DNA from: Clostridia bacterium
GTDB taxonomy: Bacteria; Bacillota; Clostridia; Oscillospirales; Acutalibacteraceae
Assembly: GCA_017613735.1 (NCBI GenBank)
Contig: JAGADF010000012.1
Location: 3,253 to 67,252, forward strand
Direction of reading: 5' to 3'
DNA length: 64,000 bases
Both the position numbers and the translations under genes were made by a program. This document shows positions 1 through 8,984 of the stretch, one piece after another. Positions within the stretch are counted from its first letter, which is position 1; every line of letters starts with the position of its first letter. The notes below the pieces were generated by a model. It had not been told where the DNA came from. It saw only the letters and a program-made list of their open reading frames with translations, and ran no database searches.

Positions 1-71
1 AGAAAGGTCTACTGGTGCGAAAACAGGGATTATGACAATATAAGCGAGAAGAGTCTGAAAAGGGAATAAAT

Positions 72-734
72 ATGAAAGAATACATAATTCAGGCAGATGA
101 CGAAACAGTCGGCTATTACTACAAATATGACAAGGACTTTATTTTCAGGGCATATTTTTCCGATGTCAAAAACCATAAAAAGGAAATAGCCGAAAAGAAA
201 CTCGATAAAGATATCGACAGTAAAAAGCCGATAGAACATATAGAAAAAATGATTGTCCCCGAAAACCGCGTCGGCGTTCAGAAGCAGGACGTTTTCAAAG
301 ACGGCGGATTTACCGTTATAAGAATACCTCAACAGACAGATGAACGCTATGTTGTTTACAGGGCGAGCGCCGAAAAGGGCGAGGACGGCTATTCGAAAAC
401 AAAGTTTGTTGTGCCGCATAACGAGGGGCCCGGTACTCCCGAGGGTATGAACGAATGGGCGTCGTGGTATATCTTTTATAAAATGGACGACGGCACTTAC
501 GAAGCTGAGCTTGACGAAGCGTGGTGCTGGGGCGGCGGACATAACGAGGGCGGCACGATTAACGCGCCGATTCCCGAGGAATGGTTTGGCCTTTCCTATG
601 ACGAATTTCTTGAAAACGTTCTTACTCTTGCCCACGCGGGGCATTACGGCTTTACTTCGGATATACTTAAAAAGAAAAAGGGACTTAAAGAGTTTTTCGG
701 TTTTGAAGGTGATAACAGTGAAAAAGACAGATGA
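72..734 (+). CDS. hypothetical protein, 220 aa, no family recognised
   Basis: ATG at 72 follows the purine-rich AAAGGGAA. The 220-codon ORF is uninterrupted and has a Trp/Gly-rich C-terminal half (WCWGGGHNEGG). Its 3' end overlaps the GTG start of the next gene by 17 nt. Confidence 0.55.
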   Translation: MKEYIIQADDETVGYYYKYDKDFIFRAYFSDVKNHKKEIAEKKLDKDIDSKKPIEHIEKMIVPENRVGVQKQDVFKDGGFTVIRIPQQTDERYVVYRASAEKGEDGYSKTKFVVPHNEGPGTPEGMNEWASWYIFYKMDDGTYEAELDEAWCWGGGHNEGGTINAPIPEEWFGLSYDEFLENVLTLAHAGHYGFTSDILKKKKGLKEFFGFEGDNSEKDR

Positions 735-1350
735 AAAGACAAGAAAGCTGACCAAGGCGGAGCAAAAACGTCAGGAAAAGTTCGAAATAAAAAAGGCTGA
801 GCTTGAAGAACAGGGCTACGAAATGAAAGAGCATACCTTAGGCATTACTTACGCCAATATTACGGCGTTTGTCGTTGCGCTTCCGCTTATTATTCCCGTA
901 ATTGTTCTCTATGTTCTTTTTGACGGCGGCTATATTATCGAAAAAGGCGATATGGCGCTTTTCCTTATTTTTGACATTGTTCTTATTGTCGTTCACGAGG
1001 CGGTGCACGGCGTTACCTGGGCTTGCTTTGCGAAAAATCATCTTAAGAGCATTGAATTCGGAATTATGCCCGAAATGTGCACGCCCTACTGCACCTGTTC
1101 GGAGCCGTTAAAGAGACGGCAGTATATTATCGGCTCGCTTATGCCGCTTTTCACTGTCGGCTTTATTCCTTCGGCTTTTGCTGTTGCAACGGGTAAGTTC
1201 TGGCTCCTTCTTGTCGGCGTTGTTATGATTGTCGGCGCGGGCGGAGATATTATTATTACTCACAGAATGTTAAAGTATAAACCCGAAAAGGATGAGATTG
1301 TCTATTACGACCACCCCACGAAATGCGGATTTATTACTTTTGAAAGATAA
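718..1350 (+). CDS. membrane-embedded putative zincin metallopeptidase (DUF3267-like)
   Basis: GTG at 718 follows GAAGGTGA. The protein has several TM helices and an HEAVHG (HExxH) motif in a hydrophobic segment. I trimmed the track ORF 511..1350 because 511..717 overlaps the upstream gene out of frame. Confidence 0.6.
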   Translation: MKKTDEKTRKLTKAEQKRQEKFEIKKAELEEQGYEMKEHTLGITYANITAFVVALPLIIPVIVLYVLFDGGYIIEKGDMALFLIFDIVLIVVHEAVHGVTWACFAKNHLKSIEFGIMPEMCTPYCTCSEPLKRRQYIIGSLMPLFTVGFIPSAFAVATGKFWLLLVGVVMIVGAGGDIIITHRMLKYKPEKDEIVYYDHPTKCGFITFER

Positions 1351-1370
1351 ACTGATAAGGAGGATTAAAA

Positions 1371-2291
1371 ATGTATTACCTTATTGAAAGCACGCTTACT
1401 CAACGTACTCTTGACGAGTGCATTGAGTCCGAAAAGCAGTATGTTATAGTACTTACTCCCGAGGAATGGCTCAAACAGCGTGAAAGATTTGAAATGGGCA
1501 TTGACCTTGAAATTGACGCCATTGAAGTCCATAACACCAAGGCGGAGGTCAACTATGACTCGTTGACGGGTACATTTTCAATCCCGAGCCGCCGCGACGT
1601 TACGGGTGACGACTATAAATTTGCGTTTGCGCTTGACGAAAAGGGAATTGTTTTTATCGATTCGAGCGGCAGAGCGGAAAAAATAGTCAGGCGCGTAAAG
1701 AATACAAAAAAATGGCGTATGCCTTCTCTTGAAAGATTTATGTACGATTTTCTTGAGCAGATTATTCATTCCGACCAGGCGCTGCTCGAGAAATATGAAA
1801 GAGAGCTTGTAAAAATTGAGGACAGAATCGCCGAAAATGACGACGACGAGGAAATACTTAACCGCGTTAATGAAATCCGCGGCGACGTCAGAGAGCTTCA
1901 CACCCATTACGAGCAGTTAATAGACTTCGGTCAGGAGCTTGAGGAAAACGAGAATAATTTCTTCAAGGAACAAAACGAGCGTTATTTCCGACTGTTTATC
2001 AATAAGGCGACGCGCCTTCAGGACAAGGCTACCTCGCTTCGTGATTACACGGTTCAGATTCGCGACCTTCAGAAAACCCAGCTTGACGTAAAGCAGAACC
2101 GAATAATGACAATCCTTACTGTTGTTACCACGATTTTTATGCCTCTGACTTTAATAGTCGGCTGGTACGGAATGAACTTCAAATATATGCCTGAACTTCA
2201 GTGGAAAATCAGTTACCCGCTTGTAATTCTCGTCAGCCTGTTAATAGGCGTCGGCGGACTTATATACTTTAAAAAGAAAAGGTGGCTTTAA
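1371..2291 (+). CDS. corA: CorA-family divalent cation (Mg2+/Co2+) channel
   Basis: AAGGAGG RBS. The layout is a soluble N-terminal domain plus two C-terminal TM helices, with the YGMNF (GMN) signature in WYGMNFKYMPE. Confidence 0.85.
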   Translation: MYYLIESTLTQRTLDECIESEKQYVIVLTPEEWLKQRERFEMGIDLEIDAIEVHNTKAEVNYDSLTGTFSIPSRRDVTGDDYKFAFALDEKGIVFIDSSGRAEKIVRRVKNTKKWRMPSLERFMYDFLEQIIHSDQALLEKYERELVKIEDRIAENDDDEEILNRVNEIRGDVRELHTHYEQLIDFGQELEENENNFFKEQNERYFRLFINKATRLQDKATSLRDYTVQIRDLQKTQLDVKQNRIMTILTVVTTIFMPLTLIVGWYGMNFKYMPELQWKISYPLVILVSLLIGVGGLIYFKKKRWL

Positions 2292-2292
2292 T

Positions 2293-3135
2293 ATGAAAAT
2301 AAGCGAAATTTTCAAGGCAAAAACCCCTGTTTCATTTGAAATCTTTCCCCCGAAAGGGGATTTGAGCGTAGAGACGCTCCGTGACACGTTATCTTCATTA
2401 AAAATGCTCAACCCCGATTTTATTTCCGTTACCTATTCTGCGGGCGGTACGGGCAACAGCGAAAAGACGGTTGAGCTCGCGTCTGTTGTCAAAAACGAAT
2501 TCGGCATTGAGTCAATGGCTCATCTGACCTGCATAAATTCCGACAGAAACGGAGTCAGAGAGGTCGTTTCAAGAATAAAAGGTCAGGGAATTGAAAATAT
2601 TCTCGCCTTAAGAGGAGATATAATCGAGGGCAATAAGCCGACGGATTTCAATTACGCCGCAGACCTTATCGAACAGCTCAGAAACGAGCCCGTCTGTGTA
2701 GGCGCGGCATGCTATCCCGAAGGTCACGTTACCTGCGAAAGCGTTGAAAAAGATATTGAATACCTCAAAGCAAAGCAGGACAAGGGCGCGTCGTTTTTTG
2801 TAAGTCAGCTGTTTTTTGAAAACCGAGTTTTCTACGATTTTCTTGAAAAGACTAAAAAAGCGGGCGTTACCGTCCCGATTACAGCGGGCATTATGCCTAT
2901 GCTTTCCAAATCTCAGGTCAGCCGTATGATTTTTATGTGCGGCGCGTCGCTTCCGAGCGAAATTATAAGAATACTCAACAAGTATGAAAATGACGAAATC
3001 TCGCTTAAAAAAGCGGGCATTGAATACGCTTCGAATCAGGCAGCCGATTTAATAAAAAACGGCGTTGACGGAATTCACCTTTATACAATGAACAAGCCCG
3101 AAATCGCTTCGGGAATAATGGAAAGAATAAGATGA
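2293..3135 (+). CDS. metF: 5,10-methylenetetrahydrofolate reductase
   Basis: N-terminus SFEIFPPKGD and overall MetF-like sequence at 280 aa. It starts 1 nt after the corA stop. Confidence 0.9.
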   Translation: MKISEIFKAKTPVSFEIFPPKGDLSVETLRDTLSSLKMLNPDFISVTYSAGGTGNSEKTVELASVVKNEFGIESMAHLTCINSDRNGVREVVSRIKGQGIENILALRGDIIEGNKPTDFNYAADLIEQLRNEPVCVGAACYPEGHVTCESVEKDIEYLKAKQDKGASFFVSQLFFENRVFYDFLEKTKKAGVTVPITAGIMPMLSKSQVSRMIFMCGASLPSEIIRILNKYENDEISLKKAGIEYASNQAADLIKNGVDGIHLYTMNKPEIASGIMERIR

Positions 3136-3752
3136 TTAAGCTTGACGGCAACCGAAAAGAGGCTCTGCGGTATCTCGGCTACAAAGGTCAGATTTTAAAC
3201 GCGCAGACCGAAGAACAGCTTGACCTTTGTTTAAAGGAAGGGCTTTCCCTTGCCGCGCCAAGAGGCGTTTATCATGTGTTTGATATTGAAAAAACCGATA
3301 AAGGCTTAAGTCTTATCGGAACGGATTTAACCCTTGAGGGCGAAAATATCGGCCGATATCTTGACGGTGCGAAAAAGTGCGCCGTAATGGCGGTGACCGT
3401 AGGTATTGCCATTGACAGAGCCGTTATTAAATACGAAAAGAGCGGCGAAATAACAAAAGCTCTTATGCTTGACTGCGTTGCTACCGCGCTTGTTGAGGAA
3501 GCGGCGGATAAATTCAACGCCGAAATAGACGAAAACGCGCGGGAAAACAGGTTTGTAACCCGAACGCGGTTCAGCCCCGGTTACGGCGATTTTCCGCTTG
3601 ATACGCAAAGGAAGATTATTCCGCTTCTTGACTGCGAAAGGCGGCTCGGGATTATTCTTAATTCCGAATGTCTGATGACTCCGCGAAAAAGCGTGACCGC
3701 GGTTATAGGATTTTTTGAAGGGGAGGGGAACGAAAATGGATTTGAAAAATGA
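3132..3752 (+). CDS. stand-alone vitamin-B12-dependent methionine synthase activation (AdoMet-binding) domain protein
   Basis: ATGA overlap with metF. The 206-aa sequence (RFSPGYGDFPL, LMTPRKSVTAVIG) resembles the MetH C-terminal reactivation module. It lies directly upstream of a MetH that lacks that module. Confidence 0.75.
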   Translation: MIKLDGNRKEALRYLGYKGQILNAQTEEQLDLCLKEGLSLAAPRGVYHVFDIEKTDKGLSLIGTDLTLEGENIGRYLDGAKKCAVMAVTVGIAIDRAVIKYEKSGEITKALMLDCVATALVEEAADKFNAEIDENARENRFVTRTRFSPGYGDFPLDTQRKIIPLLDCERRLGIILNSECLMTPRKSVTAVIGFFEGEGNENGFEK

Positions 3753-6117
3753 TTTCCTGCTTTTTGACGGCGGCTTCGGCACAATGCTTCAGCAAAGAGG
3801 TCTTAAAACCGGCGAGCAGCCCGATATGTTAAACCTTACAAATCCCGACCTCGTAAGACAGATTCATAAGGAATACGTCGACGCGGGCGCGGACATAATT
3901 ACCGCGAATACGTTTTCCTCGAACCGTAACAAGCTCCCTGAAAACGTAACCGTCGACGAGGTTGTCGGCGCGGCAATACGTCTTGCCAAGGAGGCGGGCG
4001 CGAAAAAGGTTGCGCTTGACGTAAGTCAGATAGGTATTCTTATGGAGCCCGTCGGCGAAATGACCTTTGACGAGGCTTACGGCTATTTTAAACAGACCGT
4101 CATTGCTGGCGCAGAACACGGCGCGGATTTGATTTTAATTGAAACAATGTCCGATATGCTTGAAACCAAGGCGGCGCTTTTAGCGGCTAAGGAAAATACC
4201 GATTTGCCCGTTTTTGTTTCAATGACGCTCGGCGAGGACGGACGGACGTTTCTCGGTACGGACGCGAAAACGATTGCGCTGACTTTCTCGGCTCTCGGCG
4301 CGGATGCGCTTGGTCTTAACTGTTCCCTCGGGCCTGTTGAAATGCTGCCGCTGATTAAAGAAATATGCGAGTATTCGACGGTTCCCGTCCTGTGTCAGCC
4401 TAACGCGGGCATGCCCGTTTATAAAGACGGAAAAACCGTATATACCGTTTCGGTTGACGAATTCGTTTCGGCGGTTTCAAAAATGCTCGATTACGGCGTT
4501 ACCGTTATCGGCGGCTGTTGCGGAACGACTCCCGAATACACGGCGGCTTTAAGAAAACTCATTTCCGGAAGAAAACCCGTAAAAAGAGAAATAAAAAGAG
4601 TGACCGCGATTACAAGCTCTTCGCAGTCGGTAATTCTTGACGGCAGAAATATAGCGGTCATCGGCGAAAGAATAAATCCCACGGGTAAAAAGAGGTTAAG
4701 GCAGGCGCTTGTTGAAAAGGATTACGAATACATTCTCGGAGAAGCCATAACCCAGACCGAAAACGGCGCGGATTTGCTTGACGTCAACGCGGGACTGCCC
4801 GAAATCAACGAGGAAGAAACGCTTGAAGAATTAATCCGTCAGATTCAGGCGGTAACGGCTCTTCCGCTTCAGATAGACTCCTCAAGTCCCGAGGCTCTTG
4901 AAAGGGCGTGCAGGCATTACTGCGGAAAGCCGATAATAAATTCGGTCAACGGCAAGAAGGAAAGCCTTGAAACAATTTTGCCGATAGCGAAAAAATACGG
5001 CGCGGCGGTTGTCGGTCTTACGTTGGACGAAAACGGCATTCCCGACACCGCGGAAGAAAGATTTGAAATAGCCGAAAAAATACTCGAAACGGCTCTTTCT
5101 TACGGGATACCGAAAGAGGACGTTTTGATTGACTCGCTTGTGCTTACCGCTTCGACAAATCAGAAGGCGGTAATGGAAACGCTCGAAACGATTAAAAAGG
5201 TGAAAAACAGGCTTGGACTTAAAACGGTTCTCGGCGTGTCGAACGTTTCATTCGGACTGCCGAACAGAGAGCTTGTCAATTCAACCTTCCTTGCAGCGGC
5301 TTTCGGCGCGGGACTCGATATGCCGATTTTAAACCCGCTTTCGCAAAAGTATACAGATGTTGTAAATGTTTTCAAGGTGCTTAACGCTCAGGATGAAAAC
5401 TCCGAAAAATATATAGAAAAATACGCTTCCCTTGGAACAACCGATTCGGGGCAGAACGTTAAAAAAGAAAGCGTAAACGCCGAAAACAGTATTGAAAACG
5501 TAATCCTTTCGGGAAGAAAGAGCGAGGCGGCGTCTCTTACGAAGGAAATGCTTAAAACCCTTTCGCCCGTTGAGATAATTGATAAGTATTTCATCCCTTC
5601 CCTTGACAAGGTCGGCGAAAAATACGAAAAAGGCGAATTTTTCCTGCCTCAGCTTATGTCGAGCGCGGAAACCGTAAAGGCGGGCTTCGACGTGCTTAAA
5701 AGGGAATGCCCCGCTTCCGAAACGGGCGGCAAGGGCGAAATACTTGTCGCTACCGTCAAGGGCGATATTCACGACATAGGCAAGAACATTGTCAAAATGC
5801 TGCTTGAAAATTACGGCTTTAAGGTGCTTGACCTCGGTAAAGACGTTGAGCCGGAAGATATAGTTAAAGCCGTGAAAGAGCATGACATTAAGCTTGTCGG
5901 TCTTTCCGCCCTTATGACGACAACGGTCAGGAATATGGAAAAGACAATAAACGCGCTTAAAAAAGAGGTTCCCGACTGTAAGGTCATGGTCGGCGGCGCG
6001 GTGCTTAACAGCGAATACGCTTCACAGGTCGGCGCGGACTTTTATTCAAAGGACGCCGCGGGAAGCGCAAGAATCGCGGAAGATTATTTCGGTAAATTAA
6101 AGTTGGAGGATAAATAA
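3736..6117 (+). CDS. metH: cobalamin-dependent methionine synthase (Hcy-binding, pterin-binding and B12-binding modules; no activation domain)
   Basis: ATG at 3736 follows GAAGGGGAGGGG. Motifs include GGCCGTTPE (Hcy S-methyltransferase), a pterin-binding region, and DIHDIGKNIV (DxHxxG B12-binding). Length is about 793 aa. Confidence 0.9.
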   Translation: MDLKNDFLLFDGGFGTMLQQRGLKTGEQPDMLNLTNPDLVRQIHKEYVDAGADIITANTFSSNRNKLPENVTVDEVVGAAIRLAKEAGAKKVALDVSQIGILMEPVGEMTFDEAYGYFKQTVIAGAEHGADLILIETMSDMLETKAALLAAKENTDLPVFVSMTLGEDGRTFLGTDAKTIALTFSALGADALGLNCSLGPVEMLPLIKEICEYSTVPVLCQPNAGMPVYKDGKTVYTVSVDEFVSAVSKMLDYGVTVIGGCCGTTPEYTAALRKLISGRKPVKREIKRVTAITSSSQSVILDGRNIAVIGERINPTGKKRLRQALVEKDYEYILGEAITQTENGADLLDVNAGLPEINEEETLEELIRQIQAVTALPLQIDSSSPEALERACRHYCGKPIINSVNGKKESLETILPIAKKYGAAVVGLTLDENGIPDTAEERFEIAEKILETALSYGIPKEDVLIDSLVLTASTNQKAVMETLETIKKVKNRLGLKTVLGVSNVSFGLPNRELVNSTFLAAAFGAGLDMPILNPLSQKYTDVVNVFKVLNAQDENSEKYIEKYASLGTTDSGQNVKKESVNAENSIENVILSGRKSEAASLTKEMLKTLSPVEIIDKYFIPSLDKVGEKYEKGEFFLPQLMSSAETVKAGFDVLKRECPASETGGKGEILVATVKGDIHDIGKNIVKMLLENYGFKVLDLGKDVEPEDIVKAVKEHDIKLVGLSALMTTTVRNMEKTINALKKEVPDCKVMVGGAVLNSEYASQVGADFYSKDAAGSARIAEDYFGKLKLEDK

Positions 6118-7515
6118 ATGAAAGACGTAGTAATTATAGGCGCAGGTCCGTCGGGTATTTTTACGGCGGTGGAAATGCTCAGAAAAGGCGTAAAAAAAGA
6201 TATACTTATCGTTGAAAAAGGTCAGCCTGTTGAAAAGAGGGCGTGCCCCAAGAGTAAAACTCAGAAATGTATGAACTGCCAGCCCTATTGCCATATCACA
6301 ACTGGCTTTTCGGGCGCGGGCGCATTTTCCGACGGTAAGCTGTCATTAAGCTATGAGGTAGGCGGAGACCTGCCCACGCTTATAGGCGAGGATTTCGCTC
6401 AGGAATTAATCGATTACACCGATAAAATCTATCTTGAATTCGGCGCGGACACTCACGTCGAGGGCATAGGCAACGACGAAGAGGTTAAGAAGATAAGAAT
6501 GAGAGCCATTCAGGCGGGATTAAAGCTTGTCGACTGCCCGATAAGACATATGGGCACGGAAAAGGCTCAGAAGATTTATTACGATATCGAGCAGTATCTT
6601 CTGAATAACGGAGTTGAGATTATCTTCGGCTACGAGTGCGTCGACATTATTCTCGAGGACGGCGTCTGTAAGGGCGTAAGAATCAAAAAGGGCGACGAGG
6701 AGAAGGAAATTCTTTCAAAGCGCACCGTCTTTGCGACCGGCAGAAGGGGAGCGGACTGGCTCGAAAAAATCTGCGCGGAGTACAATATTGCCCATTCGCC
6801 CGGCACGGTTGACATAGGCGTCCGCGTCGAGGTACGAAACGAAATAATGGAAAAGGTCAACAAGATTCTTTACGAATCAAAGCTTGTCGGTTACCCGAAA
6901 CCGTTTAAAAACAAGGTACGCACCTTCTGTCAGAATCCGGGCGGCTTTGTCAGTCAGGAAAACTATGACGATAATCTTGCCGTCGTAAACGGACATTCGT
7001 ATAAGGATTTGAAATCGAACAACACCAACCTCGCCATTCTTTGCTCGCATAATTTCAATCAGCCGTTCAATCAGCCGATTTCCTATGCGCAGAAGGTCGG
7101 CGAGCTTACGAATATGCTCGGCGCGGGACATATTCTTGTTCAGCGTTACGGCGATATTCTTGACGGCAAGCGCACCTGGCAGAAGGAGCTTGCGCGTTCA
7201 AACCTCAAACCCACTCTTCCCGACGCGGTTGCGGGCGATATAACGGCGGCAATGCCTTACCGTTCAATGGTTAATATTATCAACTTTATTGAGGCTATGG
7301 ACAAGGTCGTTCCCGGCTTCGCCTCGACCGAAACGCTTCTCTATTCGCCCGAGCTGAAGTTCTATTCCAACAGGGTAAAGATGGACGAAAATCTTGATAC
7401 GTCAGTAAAGGGACTTCACTGTCTCGGCGACTCGAGCGGCTGGACAAGAGGTCTTATGATGGCCTCGATTATGGGCGTTCTTATGGGCAGAAAGATTGCA
7501 CAAGCCGATGAATAA
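6118..7515 (+). CDS. FAD-dependent oxidoreductase (COG2509-like) with an N-terminal CX7CX2CX3C cysteine cluster
   Basis: GGAGGA RBS, and the ATG directly abuts the metH stop. Dinucleotide fold VVIIGAGPSGIF. Cysteine cluster CPKSKTQKCMNCQPYC. Confidence 0.75.
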   Translation: MKDVVIIGAGPSGIFTAVEMLRKGVKKDILIVEKGQPVEKRACPKSKTQKCMNCQPYCHITTGFSGAGAFSDGKLSLSYEVGGDLPTLIGEDFAQELIDYTDKIYLEFGADTHVEGIGNDEEVKKIRMRAIQAGLKLVDCPIRHMGTEKAQKIYYDIEQYLLNNGVEIIFGYECVDIILEDGVCKGVRIKKGDEEKEILSKRTVFATGRRGADWLEKICAEYNIAHSPGTVDIGVRVEVRNEIMEKVNKILYESKLVGYPKPFKNKVRTFCQNPGGFVSQENYDDNLAVVNGHSYKDLKSNNTNLAILCSHNFNQPFNQPISYAQKVGELTNMLGAGHILVQRYGDILDGKRTWQKELARSNLKPTLPDAVAGDITAAMPYRSMVNIINFIEAMDKVVPGFASTETLLYSPELKFYSNRVKMDENLDTSVKGLHCLGDSSGWTRGLMMASIMGVLMGRKIAQADE

Positions 7516-8473
7516 TAAAGAAAAGCCGTCTTCAAAGCGGCAAAGAGTGATAAGCTATATTCTGTTATTTATAGGCGCGTTTATATGGGGCTCGGCGTTC
7601 ATTTTTCAGAAAAAGGGAATGGATTATCTTGAGCCTCTCGCCTTTAACGGAATAAGAAATATAATGGGCGCGACGGCGCTTTTACCGTTTATTCTTATAG
7701 GCGACAGGCGCAGGGATAAAGAGACGGTTGAAAAGGAAAAGCAGTCGAGAAAGACTCTTTTAAAGGCGGGTTTAATCTGCGGCGTCTGCCTCGCAGCGGC
7801 GTCGACCGTTCAGCAGTACGCCCTCGTTTACACCTCAACCGGCAAGGTCGGCTTTATAACCACGCTCTATATTATTTTTGTACCTCTTGTCGGTATTTTT
7901 ATCGGCAAGCGGTTTCGCCCTGCGCTCTGGGCGAGCGTTATTCTCGCGATAGCGGGCTTTTACGTGCTCTGTATAAAAAGGGGAGAGGGCTTTTCGCTTC
8001 AGTCCGGCGACTGGATGGCTCTTGCGTGCGCATTTCTGTTCGCGTTCCAGATTCTCTCGCTTGACAGATTCACACCCGTTGTAAGCCCCCTGAAGCTTGC
8101 CTGCATTCAGTTTTATGTATGCGGAATAATCTGCTGTACGCTTATGTTCATTTTTGAAAAGCCGACGCTTTCCGCAATTCTTCAGGCTTATATACCGCTT
8201 TTGTATGCGGGACTTCTTTCGACAGGCGTTGCATATACGTTTCAGGCGCTTGCGCAAAAGCACACCAATCCCGTTATAGCCTCGCTGATAATGAGCCTTG
8301 AATCGGTTTTCTGCGTGCTGACAAGCTGGGCGCTTTTAGGCGAAGTTATGACAAGACGCGAAATGCTTGGCTGTGCAATAATTTTTATAGGAATTATTGT
8401 CGCGCAGCTGCCCGATTTCAGAAAGAAAAAGAAATACAAACAACCCGAAATAAAAGAAGAACCGACAGTGTGA
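7508..8473 (+). CDS. EamA/DMT-family transporter
   Basis: About ten TM helices in two EamA-like halves. I prefer ATG at 7508 over the TTG at 7496; it overlaps the upstream stop by 8 nt. Confidence 0.8.
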   Translation: MNNKEKPSSKRQRVISYILLFIGAFIWGSAFIFQKKGMDYLEPLAFNGIRNIMGATALLPFILIGDRRRDKETVEKEKQSRKTLLKAGLICGVCLAAASTVQQYALVYTSTGKVGFITTLYIIFVPLVGIFIGKRFRPALWASVILAIAGFYVLCIKRGEGFSLQSGDWMALACAFLFAFQILSLDRFTPVVSPLKLACIQFYVCGIICCTLMFIFEKPTLSAILQAYIPLLYAGLLSTGVAYTFQALAQKHTNPVIASLIMSLESVFCVLTSWALLGEVMTRREMLGCAIIFIGIIVAQLPDFRKKKKYKQPEIKEEPTV

Positions 8474-8492
8474 AACTGCCGGTTCTTTTTTG
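8459..8492 (+). terminator. intrinsic terminator after the EamA gene
   Basis: Stem AACCGACAG / CTGCCGGTT with one mismatch spans the stop codon and is followed by TTTTTT. Confidence 0.6.
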
Positions 8493-8514
8493 AAAAATAA
8501 TCAGTCTTAGTATA

Positions 8515-8543
8515 TTGACTTTTAAAATATAAAGTGATATTAT
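8515..8543 (+). promoter_or_regulatory. near-consensus sigma-A promoter (TTGACT-17 nt-TGaTATTAT)
   Basis: -35 TTGACT at 8515..8520, a 17-nt spacer, and an extended -10 TGATATTAT ending at 8543. Confidence 0.6.
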
Positions 8544-8544
8544 A

Positions 8545-8560
8545 GTTAGCGGCGGCTAAC
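8545..8560. promoter_or_regulatory. 16-bp palindrome GTTAGC-GGCG-GCTAAC (candidate operator at +1)
   Basis: Perfect 6-bp inverted arms with a 4-nt spacer lie immediately downstream of the -10. A second copy sits 64 bp downstream. Confidence 0.45.
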
Positions 8561-8570
8561 CAAATAAATC

Positions 8571-8600
8571 AAAGTCATTTTCGGGTGACTTTATTTTTTC
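8571..8600 (+). terminator. terminator-like hairpin inside the leader
   Basis: AAAGTCA / TGACTTT 7-bp stem with an 8-nt loop, followed by TATTTTTTC. The stem is weak. Confidence 0.35.
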
Positions 8601-8608
8601 GGCTTGCG

Positions 8609-8624
8609 GTTAGCGGTTGCTAAC
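8609..8624. promoter_or_regulatory. second copy of the palindrome, GTTAGC-GGTT-GCTAAC
   Basis: It has the same 6-bp arms as 8545..8560 and lies just upstream of the RBS of the FtsX fragment. Confidence 0.45.
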
Positions 8625-8641
8625 TCATTATTGAAAGCGAG

Positions 8642-8974
8642 GTGCGCGTTATGAGTTATGTTGAGCGTTCAAGAGAGCTTGCAACGCTCAAGGTGCTCGG
8701 TTTCAGAAGCAGAAAGATAGGACGGCTGCTGATTTCTCAGAACGTATGGCTGACGGTTATCGGCGTGTTGCTCGGATTGCCGGCGGGACTCGGAACGCTT
8801 CAGTGGATGCTTTCCGCCCTCGCCTCCGAATACGAAATGAAACTTATGCTCGGGCCGACGACATATACCGTTTCGATTCTGCTGACCTTCGGCGTTTCGC
8901 TTCTTGTCGGCTGGATGGTTGCGCGCAAAAACAAAAATATAGATATGGTTGAAGCTTTGAAAAATGCGGAATGA
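8642..8974 (+). pseudogene. C-terminal fragment of an FtsX/MacB-type ABC permease (last ~3 TM helices only)
   Basis: ERSRELATLKVLGF matches the conserved segment before the C-terminal FtsX TM bundle. TM1 and the extracytoplasmic domain are absent. Possible starts are GTG 8642 or ATG 8651. Confidence 0.6.
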
Positions 8975-8984
8975 GAGGAGACCT

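Noticed and set aside
30-755. 241-aa minus-strand ORF, and the 511..717 N-terminal extension of the DUF3267 ORF
   Set aside because: Both overlap the better-supported 72..734 gene. The minus ORF has a low-complexity Phe/Val-rich composition. The extension is out of frame with the upstream gene, and an RBS-backed GTG at 718 gives a sensible start.
2285-2300. Expected S-box (SAM) riboswitch ahead of metF/metH
   Set aside because: Only 1 nt separates corA from metF, and only 20 nt lie ahead of corA. There is no room for a riboswitch inside the window, and any control element would lie upstream of position 72.
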